Origin: an uncultured Clavibacter sp.
Lineage (GTDB): Bacteria; Actinomycetota; Actinomycetes; Nanopelagicales; Nanopelagicaceae
NCBI GenBank assembly: GCA_964428285.1
Contig: CAYRXG010000001.1
Coordinates: forward strand, 1 to 61,536
Length of the DNA stretch: 61,536 nucleotides
Direction of reading: 5' to 3'
Below are positions 60,060 to 61,536 of the stretch, piece by piece. The notes beneath the pieces are model-generated. The model was not told the origin of the DNA, made no database searches, and saw only the letters and a list, made by a program, of their open reading frames with translations. The stretch's first letter is position 1; every line of letters starts with the position of its first letter. A program made the position numbers and the translations under genes.

Positions 60060-61018
60060 TACGCAGCCACCCGCTCAATCGCACGTAGTCTGACGGATTG
60101 CGCACGTGAATTTTCAGATATCTCAATTTCGGTAGCTTTTTCGCTTCCATTAAAAAGTAAGGCAAATTTGGGTTTATGGATTTCTAGTTCCACGGGTAGC
60201 TTTACTGGAGCGGTCGACTTACAAACTTGCGCAAATGCCTGTTTCACAATGCGATCTTCAAGAGATTGGAATGACATGACTACCATGCGCCCGCCAACTT
60301 TTAGTTTTTCTAACGCCTGAGGAATAGCTCTTTCAAGAATGGAAAGTTCTTGGTTGACTTCGATTCGAAGCGCTTGAAATGTGCGTTTCGCTGGATTTCC
60401 ACCCACGCGTCGAGCTGGCGCCGGAATGCTCTCTTTTACGATTTGGGCAAGCTGAGTTGTGCTTTCAATTTTTTCCTTATTTCTATGCTTAACGATATTT
60501 GCGGCAATACGGCTTGCAAATCTCTCTTCACCATATTCCCTTATTACTTGCGTTAATTCTTCTTGGGAATAATTCGCGACAATTTCTGCTGCGCTCTTTC
60601 CAGCGCTCTGGTCCATGCGCATATCCAGCAGAGCAGGGCTTGCATAGGAGAAACCACGTTTGCTTGAATCAATTTGCATGGAAGAAAGACCTAAATCAAA
60701 AAGAATTCCGTCAACTTCAGAAATTTGAAGGTTATTCAAAATTGATGTGAGATTGTCGTACGTTGCATGGAAAATATGGATACGTTCTTTAAATCTTGAT
60801 AATCTTGAAGATGCTAATGAAATAGCTTCTTTATCTCTGTCCAGACCGATTAATGTTAAATTAGAAAATTTCTCTAAGAGGGCTTCTGCATGTCCTGCTA
60901 AACCTAAAGTTGCATCTAAATAAATTGGTGAATCTTTTCCAGCAAATGCGGGTGTAAGTAAAGTGATGCAACGATCTAGCATTACCGATTGATGTATTAC
61001 TTTCCCTGAATCCATCAT
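60059..61018 (-). CDS. rsmH: 16S rRNA (cytosine1402-N4)-methyltransferase RsmH (MraW)
   Basis: Contains HQSVMLDRC, DATLGLAGH, DLGLSSMQID and SFQSLEDR. Confidence 0.95.
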   Translation of the reverse strand: MMDSGKVIHQSVMLDRCITLLTPAFAGKDSPIYLDATLGLAGHAEALLEKFSNLTLIGLDRDKEAISLASSRLSRFKERIHIFHATYDNLTSILNNLQISEVDGILFDLGLSSMQIDSSKRGFSYASPALLDMRMDQSAGKSAAEIVANYSQEELTQVIREYGEERFASRIAANIVKHRNKEKIESTTQLAQIVKESIPAPARRVGGNPAKRTFQALRIEVNQELSILERAIPQALEKLKVGGRMVVMSFQSLEDRIVKQAFAQVCKSTAPVKLPVELEIHKPKFALLFNGSEKATEIEISENSRAQSVRLRAIERVAA

Positions 61019-61040
61019 TTCCCCAAATTTCTAAATTTCC

Positions 61041-61139
61041 TCTCCTCTGGTCACCGCCGGCCGACGGATTCAGGGGTTCGAACGGCACCGGGGAAGGGGC
61101 GCCGCTCGTAAATTGGTCGGCGGTGGCCACAGAAGAGGA
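61041..61139 (-). promoter_or_regulatory. GC-rich structured 5' leader of rsmH, consistent with the actinobacterial mraW RNA motif
   Basis: The 126-bp mraZ-rsmH spacer contains nested helices on the minus-strand RNA. The outer pairing is CACCGCC...GGCGGUG plus GAC/GUC. The inner element is an 11-bp hairpin ACGAGCGGCGCC-CCUUCCCC-GGUGCCGUUCGA (core 61083-61104). Its GC content is far above the surrounding sequence. The family assignment is from memory of the published mraW motif, not from a covariance-model search. Confidence 0.6.
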
Positions 61140-61144
61140 TTTAT

Positions 61145-61536
61145 TTAGAACAGTCCTGGGAACACCTCCTCTGAAACGTCGGCGAACCCTTTTTCACGAT
61201 CTTTCAAATAACTCTTCCAAGATTTTGCATCCCAAATTTCAACTCGAGTATTTGCGCCAATAACCACGCAATCTCTATCTAGTGCGGCGTATTCACGTAA
61301 ACCATTTGGAATTGTTACGCGACCTTGTTTATCTGGTATTTCATCGTGTGCTCCTGCAAACATGACGCGCATATAGTCACGTGCCGACTTTGCTGTTAAT
61401 GGCGCTTGTCTTAACTGTTCTGTAATTCGCGCAAATTCAGCACTTGGGAAAACGTAAAGTGATCTCTCTTGACCCTTTGTGATAACTAGACCGCTTGCTA
61501 ATTCATCTCGAAATTTCGCCGGCAGAATCAATCTGC
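61145..61536 (-). CDS. mraZ: Transcriptional regulator MraZ (partial, N-terminus beyond right edge)
   Basis: Contains (R)[11 protein letters not shown]...[10 protein letters not shown] and a second SpoVT/AbrB-like repeat, [13 protein letters not shown]...[12 protein letters not shown]. The reading frame stays open to the window edge, so the TTG at 61531 is not the true start. Confidence 0.9.
   Translation of the reverse strand, partial: RLILPAKFRDELASGLVITKGQERSLYVFPSAEFARITEQLRQAPLTAKSARDYMRVMFAGAHDEIPDKQGRVTIPNGLREYAALDRDCVVIGANTRVEIWDAKSWKSYLKDREKGFADVSEEVFPGLF

Noticed and set aside
61060-61100. GC-rich patch containing GGTTCGAAC, considered as a tRNA fragment or a foreign DNA insertion.
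   Set aside because: No flanking T-stem complementarity and no acceptor or anticodon arms could be built. The sequence is better explained as part of nested helices of a structured rsmH leader.

Overview
This window is a dense (roughly 95% coding), almost entirely minus-strand housekeeping core. The source looks like a low-GC streamlined actinobacterium; the GC of low to mid 40s % is my estimate by eye, not a computed value. Lineage markers are RbpA, WhiA, SepF with no FtsA, PdtaR, PriA, SufR, an ileS T-box and an mraW-type leader. An acI/Nanopelagicales-like origin is only an inference.

Gene order: sufB-sufR <> ctaA-tkt-tal-pgi >< rbpA, secG-tpiA-pgk-gap, whiA-yvcK-rapZ-uvrC-uvrA-uvrB-coaE, rpsA, polA <> hotdog thioesterase >< pdtaR-tRNA-pyk-VIT-lgt-dsbA-trpA-trpB-trpC-trpE-priA, dnaE, rluD-lspA-dksA-like <> T-box-ileS >< yggT-sepF-yggS-pgeF-ftsZ, ftsQ-murC-murG-ftsW-murD-mraY-murF-murE-ftsI-ftsL-rsmH-(structured leader)-mraZ.

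From memory, this order is collinear with the much longer conserved core segment of Streptomyces and Mycobacterium chromosomes, with most intervening genes removed. I found no mobile elements, CRISPR arrays, integrases, toxin-antitoxin genes or defence genes, and no convincing new multi-gene system.

The points most worth a second look are:
- A well-folded 73-nt class-I tRNA whose anticodon by loop geometry is CAA (Leu). It sits 14 nt after pyk and 1 nt before the pdtaR ATG.
- A DksA/TraR zinc-finger protein with a long Lys/Ala-rich histone-like N-terminal tail.
- A GC-rich structured leader before rsmH whose loop is complementary to the rsmH ribosome-binding site.
- A translational ileS T-box.
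- A perfect CAAC-N6-GTTG SufR-type box at the sufR start.
- Streamlining-related absences and juxtapositions: no divIVA after yggT, no zwf-opcA-pgl, priA left alone next to trpE, and contiguous uvrB-uvrA-uvrC.

ORF-track starts are longest-ORF starts. I shortened several where sequence context supported it.
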